Both the position numbers and the translations under genes were made by a program. Source: Acidovorax sp. (GTDB lineage: Bacteria > Pseudomonadota > Gammaproteobacteria > Burkholderiales > Burkholderiaceae_C). Taken from it: 64,000 nt of DNA. Positions 29,236 through 38,867 of the stretch are shown piece by piece. The stretch covers positions 10,407-74,406 of the forward strand of contig JBHIWE010000001.1 in NCBI GenBank assembly GCA_041987645.1. The letters are read 5' to 3'. The notes under the pieces were generated by a model. That model had not been told where the DNA came from and ran no database searches. It saw only the letters and a program-made list of their open reading frames with translations. Numbering within the stretch: position 1 is the stretch's first letter; the number at the start of each line of letters is the position of its first letter.

Positions 29236-30834
29236 TCAGAAACGAAAAATTCCGTAGCGCGGATCGGCGATGGGCGCATGCGAGGCGGCCGACAGGGCCA
29301 TGCCCAGTGCGTTGCGGGTATCAACTGGCGCCAACAGTCCATCGTCCCACAAGCGCGAGGTGCCGAAATAGGCGTTGGACTCGCGCTCGGCTTTGTCGTA
29401 GACCCGCTGGCGCAGCGCCTGCATTTCGTCCGTGTCGGGTTCGTGCCCCTTGCGGCGCAATTGAGCGATCTTCACGTCAGCCAAGGTGCTGGCAGCCTGT
29501 TCGGGGCCCATCACGCCCATGTGGACGTTGGGCCAGGCCCAGATCAGGCGCGGGTCCCAGGCGCGGCCGCACATGCCGTAGTAGCCGGCGCCAAATGCCG
29601 CGCTGGTGATGACGGTGAATTTGGGTACCTCGCTACCTGCCTGGGCCATCAACATCTTGGCGCCGTCCTTCGTGATGCCTTCCATTTCGTAGCCGCGGCC
29701 TATCATGTAGCCGGTGGTGTTTTGCAGGAACAAGAGCGGCGTGCGGTTCTGGTTGCACAGCGAGATAAAGTGCGCCGCTTTCTTGGAACTGTCGCTGAAC
29801 AGTACGCCGTTGTTGGCCAGGATGCCGACGCGGTAACCCCAGATGTAAGCGTAGCCGCAGATCAGCGTCGTGCCATAGGCCGGCTGGTACTCGTGGAAGC
29901 GGCTACCGTCGACGATGCGCGCGATGAGCTCGCGCTGGTCGAACTGCACCTTGTGGTCGGGCGAGACGATGCCATGGATCTCGTCCGGGTCGTAGTAGGG
30001 CGCTTCGGGCTCGCGCTCGGGCAGAAAACTGCGCGCCGGCGGCTTGAATTCAGCCACGATTTCGCGGCAGATTTCAAACGCATGCGCTTCGCTGTCAGCA
30101 GGATAGTCCACCGTGCCCGAGATCTGGGTGTGCAGGTCGCAGCCGCCGATCTCGTCGGCGGTGTGTTCCTCGCCAGTGGCGGCCTTGACCAGCGGCGGAC
30201 CGCCGAGGAACACCCCGCCGGTGCCGCGCACGATGATGCTGTAGTCGCACAGCGCCGGGATGTAGGCGCCGCCGGCCGTGCAGTGGCCGAACACGATGGC
30301 CACCTGCGGAATGTTGGCCTTCGACAGAAGGCACTGGTTGCGGAAGACCTTGCCGCCCTCGATGTAGACGCCCGAGAGTTCTTCGAGGAAGGCTCCGCCG
30401 CTGTCGCACAGGTGGATCACTGGCAGGCGGTTTTCCAGCGCGATGTCGAGTAGCCGCGAAAGCTTGCGCGGCGTCAATGTGTACCAGACGCCGCCCTTGA
30501 CGCTGGAATCGTCAGCGTGGATCAGCACCTCGCGGCCACTGACCATGCCCAGGCCGGTGACGACATTGGCGCCCGGCACTTCGCCGTTGTAGTCTTCGCA
30601 CGCGGCCAACGCCGAAAATTCGAGGAAAGGGGTGCCGGGGTCGAGCAGCAGATCGAGGCGCTCGCGCACCAGCAGCTTGCCCTGATCGCGCACACGTTTG
30701 ATTTCCTGCGCTGGCCGCTGGTGGCGGGTGATCTCCATGCGTTCGCGGTATTTCGCGATGATGGAGGTCATTGCCTTGTAGTTGCCACGGTACGCCGGGG
30801 ACGATGTGTCGATGCGGGATTCGATGCGTTTCAT
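29236..30834 (-). CDS. Acyl-CoA carboxylase beta subunit (second carboxyltransferase)
   Basis: RERLDLLLDPGTPFLE, CTAGGAY, GGPPLVKAATGE, GMCGR, ends YGIFRF. Confidence 0.92.
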   Translation of the reverse strand: MKRIESRIDTSSPAYRGNYKAMTSIIAKYRERMEITRHQRPAQEIKRVRDQGKLLVRERLDLLLDPGTPFLEFSALAACEDYNGEVPGANVVTGLGMVSGREVLIHADDSSVKGGVWYTLTPRKLSRLLDIALENRLPVIHLCDSGGAFLEELSGVYIEGGKVFRNQCLLSKANIPQVAIVFGHCTAGGAYIPALCDYSIIVRGTGGVFLGGPPLVKAATGEEHTADEIGGCDLHTQISGTVDYPADSEAHAFEICREIVAEFKPPARSFLPEREPEAPYYDPDEIHGIVSPDHKVQFDQRELIARIVDGSRFHEYQPAYGTTLICGYAYIWGYRVGILANNGVLFSDSSKKAAHFISLCNQNRTPLLFLQNTTGYMIGRGYEMEGITKDGAKMLMAQAGSEVPKFTVITSAAFGAGYYGMCGRAWDPRLIWAWPNVHMGVMGPEQAASTLADVKIAQLRRKGHEPDTDEMQALRQRVYDKAERESNAYFGTSRLWDDGLLAPVDTRNALGMALSAASHAPIADPRYGIFRF

Positions 30835-30844
30835 CAGTCAGTTC

Positions 30845-31339
30845 TCAGAGGTCTTGCAGCGTTACGAGGATGGCCTTGAGTCCGAAAGTGGCGCCTACGC
30901 CAAAATGCACGGCCTTGACGCATGCTTCGCGCGGCGCGGCCAGCGTGGTTTCGAGCTTCATGCTCTCGATCACCATCAGCGGCTGGCCGACGCTGACCAT
31001 GTCGCCTGCGGCCACCTGCACGGCGATGACGGTGCCGGGCATCGGCGCGACCAGCGTGTTGGACGCGCCGGCACGGGCTTGTCCAGCTCCACCGGCGTCC
31101 ATTGTCTCGATCTCGGTGGCGCCGTTGGCGTTGCTGTGCACGAAAACCGATTTTTCACCGGCAGCGATCCAGACAGCGTGTTCCTGACCGTCGATCATGA
31201 TGCTCTGGCGGCCATCGGGCAAGGCCCCGGCGCGCGCGTCGATGCGGCGCCCGGCCCGCAGAATGGAATATCCGCCATTGCCGCCGCGAGTCACCACCAC
31301 GTCATGGGTCTGTCCGTCGATCAGGTAGCGTCGGCGCAT
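30845..31339 (-). CDS. Stand-alone biotin carboxyl carrier protein
   Basis: APMPGTVIAV, IESMKLE biotin-Lys motif. Confidence 0.88.
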   Translation of the reverse strand: MRRRYLIDGQTHDVVVTRGGNGGYSILRAGRRIDARAGALPDGRQSIMIDGQEHAVWIAAGEKSVFVHSNANGATEIETMDAGGAGQARAGASNTLVAPMPGTVIAVQVAAGDMVSVGQPLMVIESMKLETTLAAPREACVKAVHFGVGATFGLKAILVTLQDL

Positions 31340-31341
31340 CG

Positions 31342-32811
31342 TCAATTCCTCCAGGCGCCCATCGCGGCGTGCATCGCGGGCACGTCGCGCACCGCGCGCA
31401 GCAACTCGTGATCGGACAGCACGGCCGCGGCAATCGCCAGGTCGGTGTCTTCCTCGCGAACGATGTCGCGCAGATCCTCGGCGCAGCGCGCCAGCATGCC
31501 GGTGTCGGCTCGGCCCTCCATGAATTCGGGGTGCCGCAGCACGCGGGTCAGGTAGCGCGCGTTGGTTGTCAGGCCCAGCAGCACGGTGTCTTGCAGCGCG
31601 CGCGCCGAACGGGCAATGGCCTCGTCGCGCGTGGCGCCGTGGCAGATGATCTTGGCGATCATCGGGTCAAAGGCCGCGGTCACGGCCTGGTCTTGGCGCA
31701 CGCCTGAATCGACGCGCACACCCGGTCCCGCGGGTGCTTGCCAGCGCAGGATTCTTCCGGTGGCCGGGCGGAAGTCATGCTCTGCATCCTCGGCGTAGAG
31801 CCGGCATTCAATGGCATGGCCTTGCTGCACGATGTCGGACTGGGCGAAGGCCAGCGGCTCGCCGCGCGCCACCCGCACTTGCTCGCGCACCAGGTCGATG
31901 CCGGTGACCATCTCGGTCACTGGATGCTCGACCTGCAGTCGTGTGTTCATCTCGAGAAAGTAGAACTCGCCACCCGCGCCGTAGATGAACTCAACAGTGC
32001 CGGCGCCGCGGTAGCCGCAGGCGCGGGCGATGCCGGCCGCGGCCTCGCAGATATCGCGCCGCTGCTTGCTGGTCAACGCGGGCGAAGGGGTTTCCTCGAT
32101 GATCTTCTGGAAACGCCGCTGCACCGAACACTCGCGTTCCCACAGATGAATCACCTGGCCGGATTCATCGCCCAGAACCTGCACCTCGATGTGGCGGGGG
32201 CGTTCGACGTAGCGCTCGACGAACAGCCGACCGTCGCCAAAGTAGCGCTCGCCCTCGCGGCGCGCGGTGGCAAGCTCGCTTTCGAGCTGGGCCAGGTCGC
32301 GCACGATGCGCATGCCCTTGCCGCCACCGCCGGCCGAGGGCTTGATCAGCAGCGGTGTGCCCACCTGGAGGGCACGCTCGACGAAGGTTGCCGGGTCGTC
32401 GTCCTCGACCGCGCCAGGCGCCACCGGAAAACCGCGTTCGGCCACGAAGTTGCGTGCACGTACCTTGTCGCCCATCAGTTCGATGGTGTCGGCACGCGGC
32501 CCGATGAACACGATGCCTGCCTGTTCTAGGGCGCGGGCAAAAGCTGCGTTCTCGGACAAGAAGCCGTAACCGGGGTGCACCGCCTGCGCACCGGTACCAT
32601 GGCAGGCTTCGACCAGCTGCGCGATGTCGAGGTAGGCAGCAACCGGCGTTGGTCCATGCAATTCGATGGACTGGTCGGCTTCCAGCACGGCCGGGCTGTC
32701 GGCATCCAGCGCGTGGTGAGCCACCACGGTGACGAGCCCCATGCCCTTAAGCGTGCGCAGGATGCGCAGCGCGATCTCGCCCCGGTTGGCGATCAGAACT
32801 TTTTGAAACAC
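31342..32811 (-). CDS. Biotin carboxylase subunit (no fused BCCP)
   Basis: QKVLIANRGEIA, HPGYGFLSEN, EMNTRLQVEHPVTE. GTG 32811 has GGAG upstream; alternative start is ATG 32868. Confidence 0.9.
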   Translation of the reverse strand: MFQKVLIANRGEIALRILRTLKGMGLVTVVAHHALDADSPAVLEADQSIELHGPTPVAAYLDIAQLVEACHGTGAQAVHPGYGFLSENAAFARALEQAGIVFIGPRADTIELMGDKVRARNFVAERGFPVAPGAVEDDDPATFVERALQVGTPLLIKPSAGGGGKGMRIVRDLAQLESELATARREGERYFGDGRLFVERYVERPRHIEVQVLGDESGQVIHLWERECSVQRRFQKIIEETPSPALTSKQRRDICEAAAGIARACGYRGAGTVEFIYGAGGEFYFLEMNTRLQVEHPVTEMVTGIDLVREQVRVARGEPLAFAQSDIVQQGHAIECRLYAEDAEHDFRPATGRILRWQAPAGPGVRVDSGVRQDQAVTAAFDPMIAKIICHGATRDEAIARSARALQDTVLLGLTTNARYLTRVLRHPEFMEGRADTGMLARCAEDLRDIVREEDTDLAIAAAVLSDHELLRAVRDVPAMHAAMGAWRN

Positions 32812-32867
32812 GGGTGGGACTCCGTTGTATGGCGGATGACGGTCAATGCATGCAACGGCGTCTGGCA

Positions 32868-34076
32868 TCAATCGAACACCGGGATGAGGTCGGACACGCG
32901 TTCGAACCGGCTGTTCTTGGCGTCCGACCGCAGGACCAGCAGGCTGCTCGGCGAGTGTCGCTGGTTGGGCCCGAAGCTGATCGGCGAAGCCAATCCATCG
33001 GTGCCGAAGTTCTTGGTCGTCTCCAGCTTCTCGACGACGCAGGCGCGGGTCAGCGCCTTGCCGCAGCGGCGGATGGCGTCTTCCATCAGCAATGCACCAA
33101 TATAGGCTGTGATCGAATAGCGGTTGAGCATCTTCTGCTCGTCGGCGGACAGGTACTTCTGTGCCAGCCCCATGAACTTGGCCATGCCTGGCACCGCCAT
33201 GTCGGTCAGAGGCGGGACGTAGTCGGCGACGAAGTAGCCGTCGCCTGCGGGGCCGGCGAGCGCCTGAACGGGGGTCAGGTGGGCCGAGTGCACCGCAAGG
33301 AAGGTCAGGGTCATCTGGTTCTTCGCGGCTTCTTTCATCAGCATCGAGTGCTCGGCCACCACGCCGCCCGACGCGAGGAAGGTCGCACCCACCTGCTTCA
33401 GGCTCAGCATCTCGGCCGAGAAGTCCTTGGTACCACGCTTGAAGGAGATCTCGGACACGCTGTTGAGCCCCAGATCCTTGACCGCCTTCTGGTAGCCGCA
33501 ACGCACGTCGTTGCCAAACTCGTCATCCTGATAGACCAGTGCAAACTTCTCCTTCTGCAGCTTCTTGCTGGTCACCATGTGCTTCATGCCTGCGCTGAGC
33601 TCCTGGCAATAGGTGGGTCCGACCACGAATACTGTTTTGTTCGGCGGCGTGAAGTGCGCCGCCGCCACGGCCATGGCGTTGATGGTTGGCAAGCGCTGCT
33701 CGTTGATGAAAGGCAGCATAGCTTGCAGCATGGCTGAACCCGAAGTGCCGATCAGGCCAAAGATGCCTTCCACGTCGACCAATCGTTTGACGCTTTGCAC
33801 AGCGCGCTGAGGCACGTATCCGTCGTCGTCTTGGCGAATCTCCACTTTGCGCCCGTTGATGCCCCCGCGAGCGTTGACATCCTGCTCCCATACCCGCAAC
33901 GCATGCATGTGAGCCTTGCCCAGCAGGCTCGCCGGACCGCTGACGGGCGTTACCGAGCCCAGGACGATTTTGGTGTCGGTCACGCCGGGGTCCGCAGCAA
34001 CGACGGTCGTGGCCGTCAGGCCGATGACCATGCTGAGCAGACTGGTGGCGGCATATCGAAAGTATTTGTGTGTCAT
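32868..34076 (-). CDS. ABC substrate-binding protein, system 2
   Basis: Signal peptide, DPGVTDTKIVLG, GGINGRK..DDGY.P; AGGAG RBS before ATG 34076. Confidence 0.9.
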   Translation of the reverse strand: MTHKYFRYAATSLLSMVIGLTATTVVAADPGVTDTKIVLGSVTPVSGPASLLGKAHMHALRVWEQDVNARGGINGRKVEIRQDDDGYVPQRAVQSVKRLVDVEGIFGLIGTSGSAMLQAMLPFINEQRLPTINAMAVAAAHFTPPNKTVFVVGPTYCQELSAGMKHMVTSKKLQKEKFALVYQDDEFGNDVRCGYQKAVKDLGLNSVSEISFKRGTKDFSAEMLSLKQVGATFLASGGVVAEHSMLMKEAAKNQMTLTFLAVHSAHLTPVQALAGPAGDGYFVADYVPPLTDMAVPGMAKFMGLAQKYLSADEQKMLNRYSITAYIGALLMEDAIRRCGKALTRACVVEKLETTKNFGTDGLASPISFGPNQRHSPSSLLVLRSDAKNSRFERVSDLIPVFD

Positions 34077-34129
34077 GAAAGGCACTCCTGGTTGAGAAAT
34101 GGGGGAGGGCTAGTGGCGCGTCGTCAGGA

Positions 34130-34253
34130 TCACTGGGCGCTCAGAAATTCAGAGGCTCGCTCGAATTTCGCGGCGCTGGCATTTGCCTTGAGCAAAATGG
34201 GGCGGGGGCCCGGCTGTCGAGCAAAGGTAAGTCGGCTTCTGTCGTGTTTGCAT
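34130..34253 (-). pseudogene. Remnant of a second substrate-binding protein gene (internal deletion)
   Basis: AGGAG RBS and ATG at 34253. In another frame the 3' part reads ILLKANASAAKFERASEFLSAQ*, resembling the C-terminus of the adjacent SBP (VLRSDAKNSRFERVSDLI). Confidence 0.6.
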
Positions 34254-34294
34254 CTCAATTCTCCTGTTGAATAAACAGCGCGTGTGCCGCCGGG

Positions 34295-35341
34295 TCAGAA
34301 ACGGAAGGGCCAGTGGGTCCAGTAGTGCTTGATGTCGCGCCAACGCCCGATCAACCCGTCGGGCTCAAATCGCAGGAACAACACAATCGCGAGCCCATAA
34401 ATGACACCTTTGATCTCATAGGCGGCAGCGGAGTCCGACCCGCCGAAGCCGGCGCCGATCATGCTGAACACGAAGCCCAGGCTCTCATTGAGCAGAACGA
34501 TGAAAGCCGTGCCGAGTAAGGCGCCTGCCACCGAACCCAGGCCACCCACGATGAGCATGGAGAGCGCCTCGATCGAGATCAGCAGGCTGAAGCTGTCCAC
34601 GTTCAGGTAGCGTGTGTAGTAGGCCAGCAAGCCCCCGGCGATGCCGGTGTAGAAGGCGCTGACCATGAACGCCAGCAGTTTGTAGCGCACCAGGTTGACG
34701 CCCATGGCCTTGGCGGCGATATCGTGCTCCCGAATCGCCAGGAACGCCCGGCCAATGCGGCTGCGCAGGATGTTCAGGGTGATGAAGGTGAACACCACCA
34801 CAAAGGCCAGCACCACGTAATAGTAGCCACGTTCGGCCTCCAGCGCCTGGCCGAACAGCGCGGGTTGCGGCACTGTCAGGCCTTCAGAGCCGCCGGTCAG
34901 GCCACCCCCGTTGAGGATCAGGTGGTTGATGATCACGGCGAACGCCATCGTCGTGATGGCCAGGTACAGCCCCTTGAGGCGTAGCGACGGTATGCCCACG
35001 ATGATCCCGGCGACGGCAGCGCTCACGCCGCCGGCGAAGATGGCCGCCAGCATCGGCCAGCCAAGTTTGCCGGCCAGGATGCCGGCCGTGTAGGCGCCGA
35101 CCGCCAGAAAGCCCGAGTGCCCGAGTGATATCAGTCCAGTGGTGCCGGTCAGCAGGTTCAGGCCCAGTACCCCCAACGCCGTGATCAGCAGCAGCAGAAT
35201 GACGGAGACATAGTATTTGGCCAGCAGCAGTGGCGCGGCCGCCAGCAGCGCCACCAGAAGACACGACCAGACGATGACAGGGACGGAGTCGGTCAGCGCC
35301 AACAATTGACGATAGTCTTGCTTGAAATTTCCGCTACGCAT
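34295..35341 (-). CDS. ABC permease (LivM-like), system 2
   Basis: GLISLGHSGF, GLYLAITT, EPDGL..WPF. Confidence 0.92.
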   Translation of the reverse strand: MRSGNFKQDYRQLLALTDSVPVIVWSCLLVALLAAAPLLLAKYYVSVILLLLITALGVLGLNLLTGTTGLISLGHSGFLAVGAYTAGILAGKLGWPMLAAIFAGGVSAAVAGIIVGIPSLRLKGLYLAITTMAFAVIINHLILNGGGLTGGSEGLTVPQPALFGQALEAERGYYYVVLAFVVVFTFITLNILRSRIGRAFLAIREHDIAAKAMGVNLVRYKLLAFMVSAFYTGIAGGLLAYYTRYLNVDSFSLLISIEALSMLIVGGLGSVAGALLGTAFIVLLNESLGFVFSMIGAGFGGSDSAAAYEIKGVIYGLAIVLFLRFEPDGLIGRWRDIKHYWTHWPFRF

Positions 35342-36213
35342 CAGACACGCTCGATTTCAGGTTTGCCGAACAGGCCATAGGGCCTGACCATGAGAACGAC
35401 GAGGATCAAAAGAAAACCAGCGATCTCCTTCATGCCACGGCCGATATAGCCTTCCGACAGGTTCTCGACCACGCCGATCAGGATGCCGCCCAGCGCGGCA
35501 CCGAACACCGAGTCCAGCCCGCCCAGGATGACTGCCGGAAAGCTGCGCAAGCCGGTCGTCCACATGCCGGGGTTGACATCGTAGATAACACCGATCAACA
35601 CGCCGGCAATGGCGGCGAGTCCGGCCGACAGGGCCCAGGACAAGGCGAAGATGCGTTTGACATTGATGCCCATCAGCAGGGCCGCGGTTTGTACGTTGGC
35701 GGTGGCGCGCATGGCGATACCGACCCGCGAATAGCGAAAGAAAGTCCACAGGCCGAGCAGCACGACCGCCATCAGCCCGACGGCATACAGTTGCGCCGGG
35801 TACAGACCGGCCGGGCCGATTCTGATGATCTCCGTTGGCAGGCCGGCATTGAGCGGCATGGGGTCGGCGCCCCAGATCAGAACCACCACCGAGCGAAGGA
35901 TCACGGCCAGGCCAATGGTCACCATCACCGTGGAAAACACCGGCTGACCGAGCATCGGACGGATCAGCAAGACCTCGATCAGCAGGCCGATCAGCACCGA
36001 GGCGGCGGTCGTCAGCAGCAGCATCGGCCAAAAGCCAAATTGGAAGGTGCCGGACAGGGTGAAGGCGATGTAGGACACCAGCATCATCAGCTCGCCCTGG
36101 GCGAAGTTCACCACGCCGGTGGCGCGGTAGATCATGGCAAAGCCCATGCCGATGAAGCCGTAGACCAATCCGACGGCGATGCCTGAAATGACCAGTTGCA
36201 GAAAATAGTCCAT
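35341..36213 (-). CDS. ABC permease (LivH-like), system 2
   Basis: VVNFAQGE, GGLDS, RPYGLFG. Confidence 0.92.
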   Translation of the reverse strand: MDYFLQLVISGIAVGLVYGFIGMGFAMIYRATGVVNFAQGELMMLVSYIAFTLSGTFQFGFWPMLLLTTAASVLIGLLIEVLLIRPMLGQPVFSTVMVTIGLAVILRSVVVLIWGADPMPLNAGLPTEIIRIGPAGLYPAQLYAVGLMAVVLLGLWTFFRYSRVGIAMRATANVQTAALLMGINVKRIFALSWALSAGLAAIAGVLIGVIYDVNPGMWTTGLRSFPAVILGGLDSVFGAALGGILIGVVENLSEGYIGRGMKEIAGFLLILVVLMVRPYGLFGKPEIERV

Positions 36214-38081
36214 CAGCCCGCCCCTCCACCGTAGATGATCGCGATCTCTTTCGCGAAGGTTTTTTCGATGACGTTGCGCCGTACCTTCTGGGTGGCGGTG
36301 AGCTCACCGTCATCGTGGTCGAGTTCCTTCTCCAGAATCAGGAACTTGCGGATGTTCTCGACACGGGCAAACAGCTTGTTTACGCGCTTGACATCCTCCT
36401 CAATCAGTTCGCGCACCTCGGGCAGCAAGGCCAGGCTCTTGTAGGTGGTGTAGGCCAGCTTGCGCTCCTGGGCCCACTTGCCCACCGTGTCAAAGTCGAT
36501 TTGGATCAGCGCCGCCAGATAGTGACGCCCGTCGCCCAGGATGATGGCCTCGCGAACGTGCAGGCTGTCCTTGAGCGCATTTTCGATCTCGGACGGCGCG
36601 ATGTTCTTGCCGCCACTGGTGATGATGATGGCTTTCTTGCGGTCGACGATCATCAGCTCGCCGTTGTCAGCCAACGCCACGATGTCGCCCGTGTGCAGCC
36701 AGCCATCGACCACGGTTTTGGCCGTGGCGCTCTCGTCGTGGAGATATCCCTTGAACACGGCGGGGTGCTTGACGACGAGCTCGCCGTCGTCGGCGATTTT
36801 CCAGTTCAGGCCGTTGATGGGCAGGCCTGTGGCGCCCAGTTTGACCGCTTTTTCATGCTGGAAGAAGATCACGCCGCCGGACTCGGTCATGCCGTAGACC
36901 TGGTACACCGGAATGCCCAGAATGCGGAAGAACTTCAGTACCTCGGGCGAGACGCTGGCACCGCCACAGAAGCCGCACTGCATGCGGTCCAGTCCGATGA
37001 ATTTCTGCAGATTGCGAAACATCAGCAACCACAGCACGAAGAAGTGCAGGCGATCCGACAGGCTGCGGCGACCCCCTTGCGCCTCGACCTTTTCAAACAG
37101 ACGGCGTCCGGCATCGAAGCAGCGCTTGAAAGCCCAGCGCTGAAAGCGCGAGGCGTCCTGCATGCGGATCAAAATGCCTTGCTGCAGTTTTTCCCAGATG
37201 CGCGGCACGCCCAAAAACACCGTGGGCGCGATTTCGCGCAGATTGACCGCCACCGTGTCGATAGATTCGGCATAGTTGACCACGCCTCCGGTGAGCAGGT
37301 GCAAGACCGTCGAGAAGGCGCGCTCGGCCACGTGGCACAGCGGCAGGTAACAGACCACCTCGTAATTATGGCGGTCCAGCGTGAAATGAGTCTTGAGCTT
37401 GTCAACGGTGACGATCAGGTTGCGGTGCGAGAGCATCGCGCCCTTGGGGGGGCCAGTGGTGCCCGAGGTATAGACCAGCATGCAGGTGTCGTCGGGCCGG
37501 GTGTCCTCGATGGCCCGGTCGAAGGTGCTCGCATTCTGGGTCGAGGCGGCGGCGTACTGGTCGCCAAGCTCGAGCACGTCGTCAAACGACATCAGTTGGT
37601 CGTGCTTGTAGCCGCGCATTCCCTTCATGTCGGCGCAGATGATCTTCACCAAGTCGGGCAGGCCGGTGGCGTGCTTGTTCATGGCGTCGAGCACCTTGTC
37701 GACCTGCTCTTGGTCGCCGCAGACCACGAACTTGCTGTTCGAGTGGTGCACGATGTATTGCAACTCGGGCCATGGGTTGGTGGGGTAGATGCCGACCACA
37801 ATGCCGCCGATGGCCTGCGTCGCCAGGTCGGAAAACATCCAGTGGGGGCTGTCCTCGCTGGCAATGGCCAGGCGATCCCCCTTCTCGAATCCGAGGGCCT
37901 TCAGGCCGTGGGCAAAGCGGCGAGCGGTCTCCAGATAGTGCTGCCAGCTCATCCGGTTCCAGATGCCGTAGTCCTTCTCGCGAAACGCGAGCGCATCCGG
38001 AAAGCCTTGCGCCCAATGCCTGAGCAGCTTGGGCAGTGTGGTGTTGCCGTCGCGCAGCGCGGCGTCCAGGTTATCGATCAC
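36213..38081 (-). CDS. Long-chain acyl-CoA ligase, embedded in ABC system 2
   Basis: YTSGTTGPPKG, YGMTE, TGD, GELTATQKVRR. Confidence 0.93.
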   Translation of the reverse strand: MIDNLDAALRDGNTTLPKLLRHWAQGFPDALAFREKDYGIWNRMSWQHYLETARRFAHGLKALGFEKGDRLAIASEDSPHWMFSDLATQAIGGIVVGIYPTNPWPELQYIVHHSNSKFVVCGDQEQVDKVLDAMNKHATGLPDLVKIICADMKGMRGYKHDQLMSFDDVLELGDQYAAASTQNASTFDRAIEDTRPDDTCMLVYTSGTTGPPKGAMLSHRNLIVTVDKLKTHFTLDRHNYEVVCYLPLCHVAERAFSTVLHLLTGGVVNYAESIDTVAVNLREIAPTVFLGVPRIWEKLQQGILIRMQDASRFQRWAFKRCFDAGRRLFEKVEAQGGRRSLSDRLHFFVLWLLMFRNLQKFIGLDRMQCGFCGGASVSPEVLKFFRILGIPVYQVYGMTESGGVIFFQHEKAVKLGATGLPINGLNWKIADDGELVVKHPAVFKGYLHDESATAKTVVDGWLHTGDIVALADNGELMIVDRKKAIIITSGGKNIAPSEIENALKDSLHVREAIILGDGRHYLAALIQIDFDTVGKWAQERKLAYTTYKSLALLPEVRELIEEDVKRVNKLFARVENIRKFLILEKELDHDDGELTATQKVRRNVIEKTFAKEIAIIYGGGAG

Positions 38082-38860
38082 GCGGCCTCCTTGGTCTTGC
38101 TGCCCAGGTAGGCGTCGATCACGGCCGGGTTGGCCGATATTTCAGCCGGTGTGCCCTCGCCGATCTTGCGGCCGAAGTTGAGCACACAGACGCGGTCGGA
38201 GATGTCCATCACGATGCCCATATCATGCTCGACCATTAGAACCGAAATACCGAGTTCGTCGCGGATGTCAAGCACGAAGCGAGCAATGTCTTCGGTCTCC
38301 TCGCTGTTCATGCCCGACACCATTTCGTCCAGCAGCAGCAACTTGGGCTCGGTGGCCAGTGCGCGCCCCAGCTCGACCCGCTTTTGCAGGCCATAGGACA
38401 AGGTGCCCACCGGCATGTCGCGGATTTCCTCGATTTCGAGAAAGTCGATGATCTCTTCCACCTTGCGGCGGTGGTCGATCTCTTCGCGCCGTGCCCGCCC
38501 GAAGAACCACGAGGCATCCAGTACGTTGGTGGCCATGTGGCAGTGGCGGCCTACCATCAGGTTGTCCACCACGCTGGCATGCTTGAATACCGCCAGGTTC
38601 TGAAAGGTCCGACCGATGCCGATGGCGGCCAGGCGGTGCGCCGGCATGCCGGTGATGTCGCGGCCATCGAAATGCACGGTGCCGCTGCTGGGCTTGACGA
38701 CGCCGCTGATCATGTTGAAGGTGGTCGTCTTGCCGGCTCCATTGGGACCGATCAGGGAATAGATTTCACCGCGCCGGACGTGAAAACTGACGCCGGCAAC
38801 GGCTTCGACGCCGCCGAAGCGCTTGGACAGGGTTTCGACCCCTAACAATGTGTCGTTCAT
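38078..38860 (-). CDS. ABC ATP-binding protein (LivG-like), system 2
   Basis: GPNGAGKT, LLLDE, VEHDM. Confidence 0.93.
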   Translation of the reverse strand: MNDTLLGVETLSKRFGGVEAVAGVSFHVRRGEIYSLIGPNGAGKTTTFNMISGVVKPSSGTVHFDGRDITGMPAHRLAAIGIGRTFQNLAVFKHASVVDNLMVGRHCHMATNVLDASWFFGRARREEIDHRRKVEEIIDFLEIEEIRDMPVGTLSYGLQKRVELGRALATEPKLLLLDEMVSGMNSEETEDIARFVLDIRDELGISVLMVEHDMGIVMDISDRVCVLNFGRKIGEGTPAEISANPAVIDAYLGSKTKEAA

Positions 38861-38867
38861 GTTCTTC

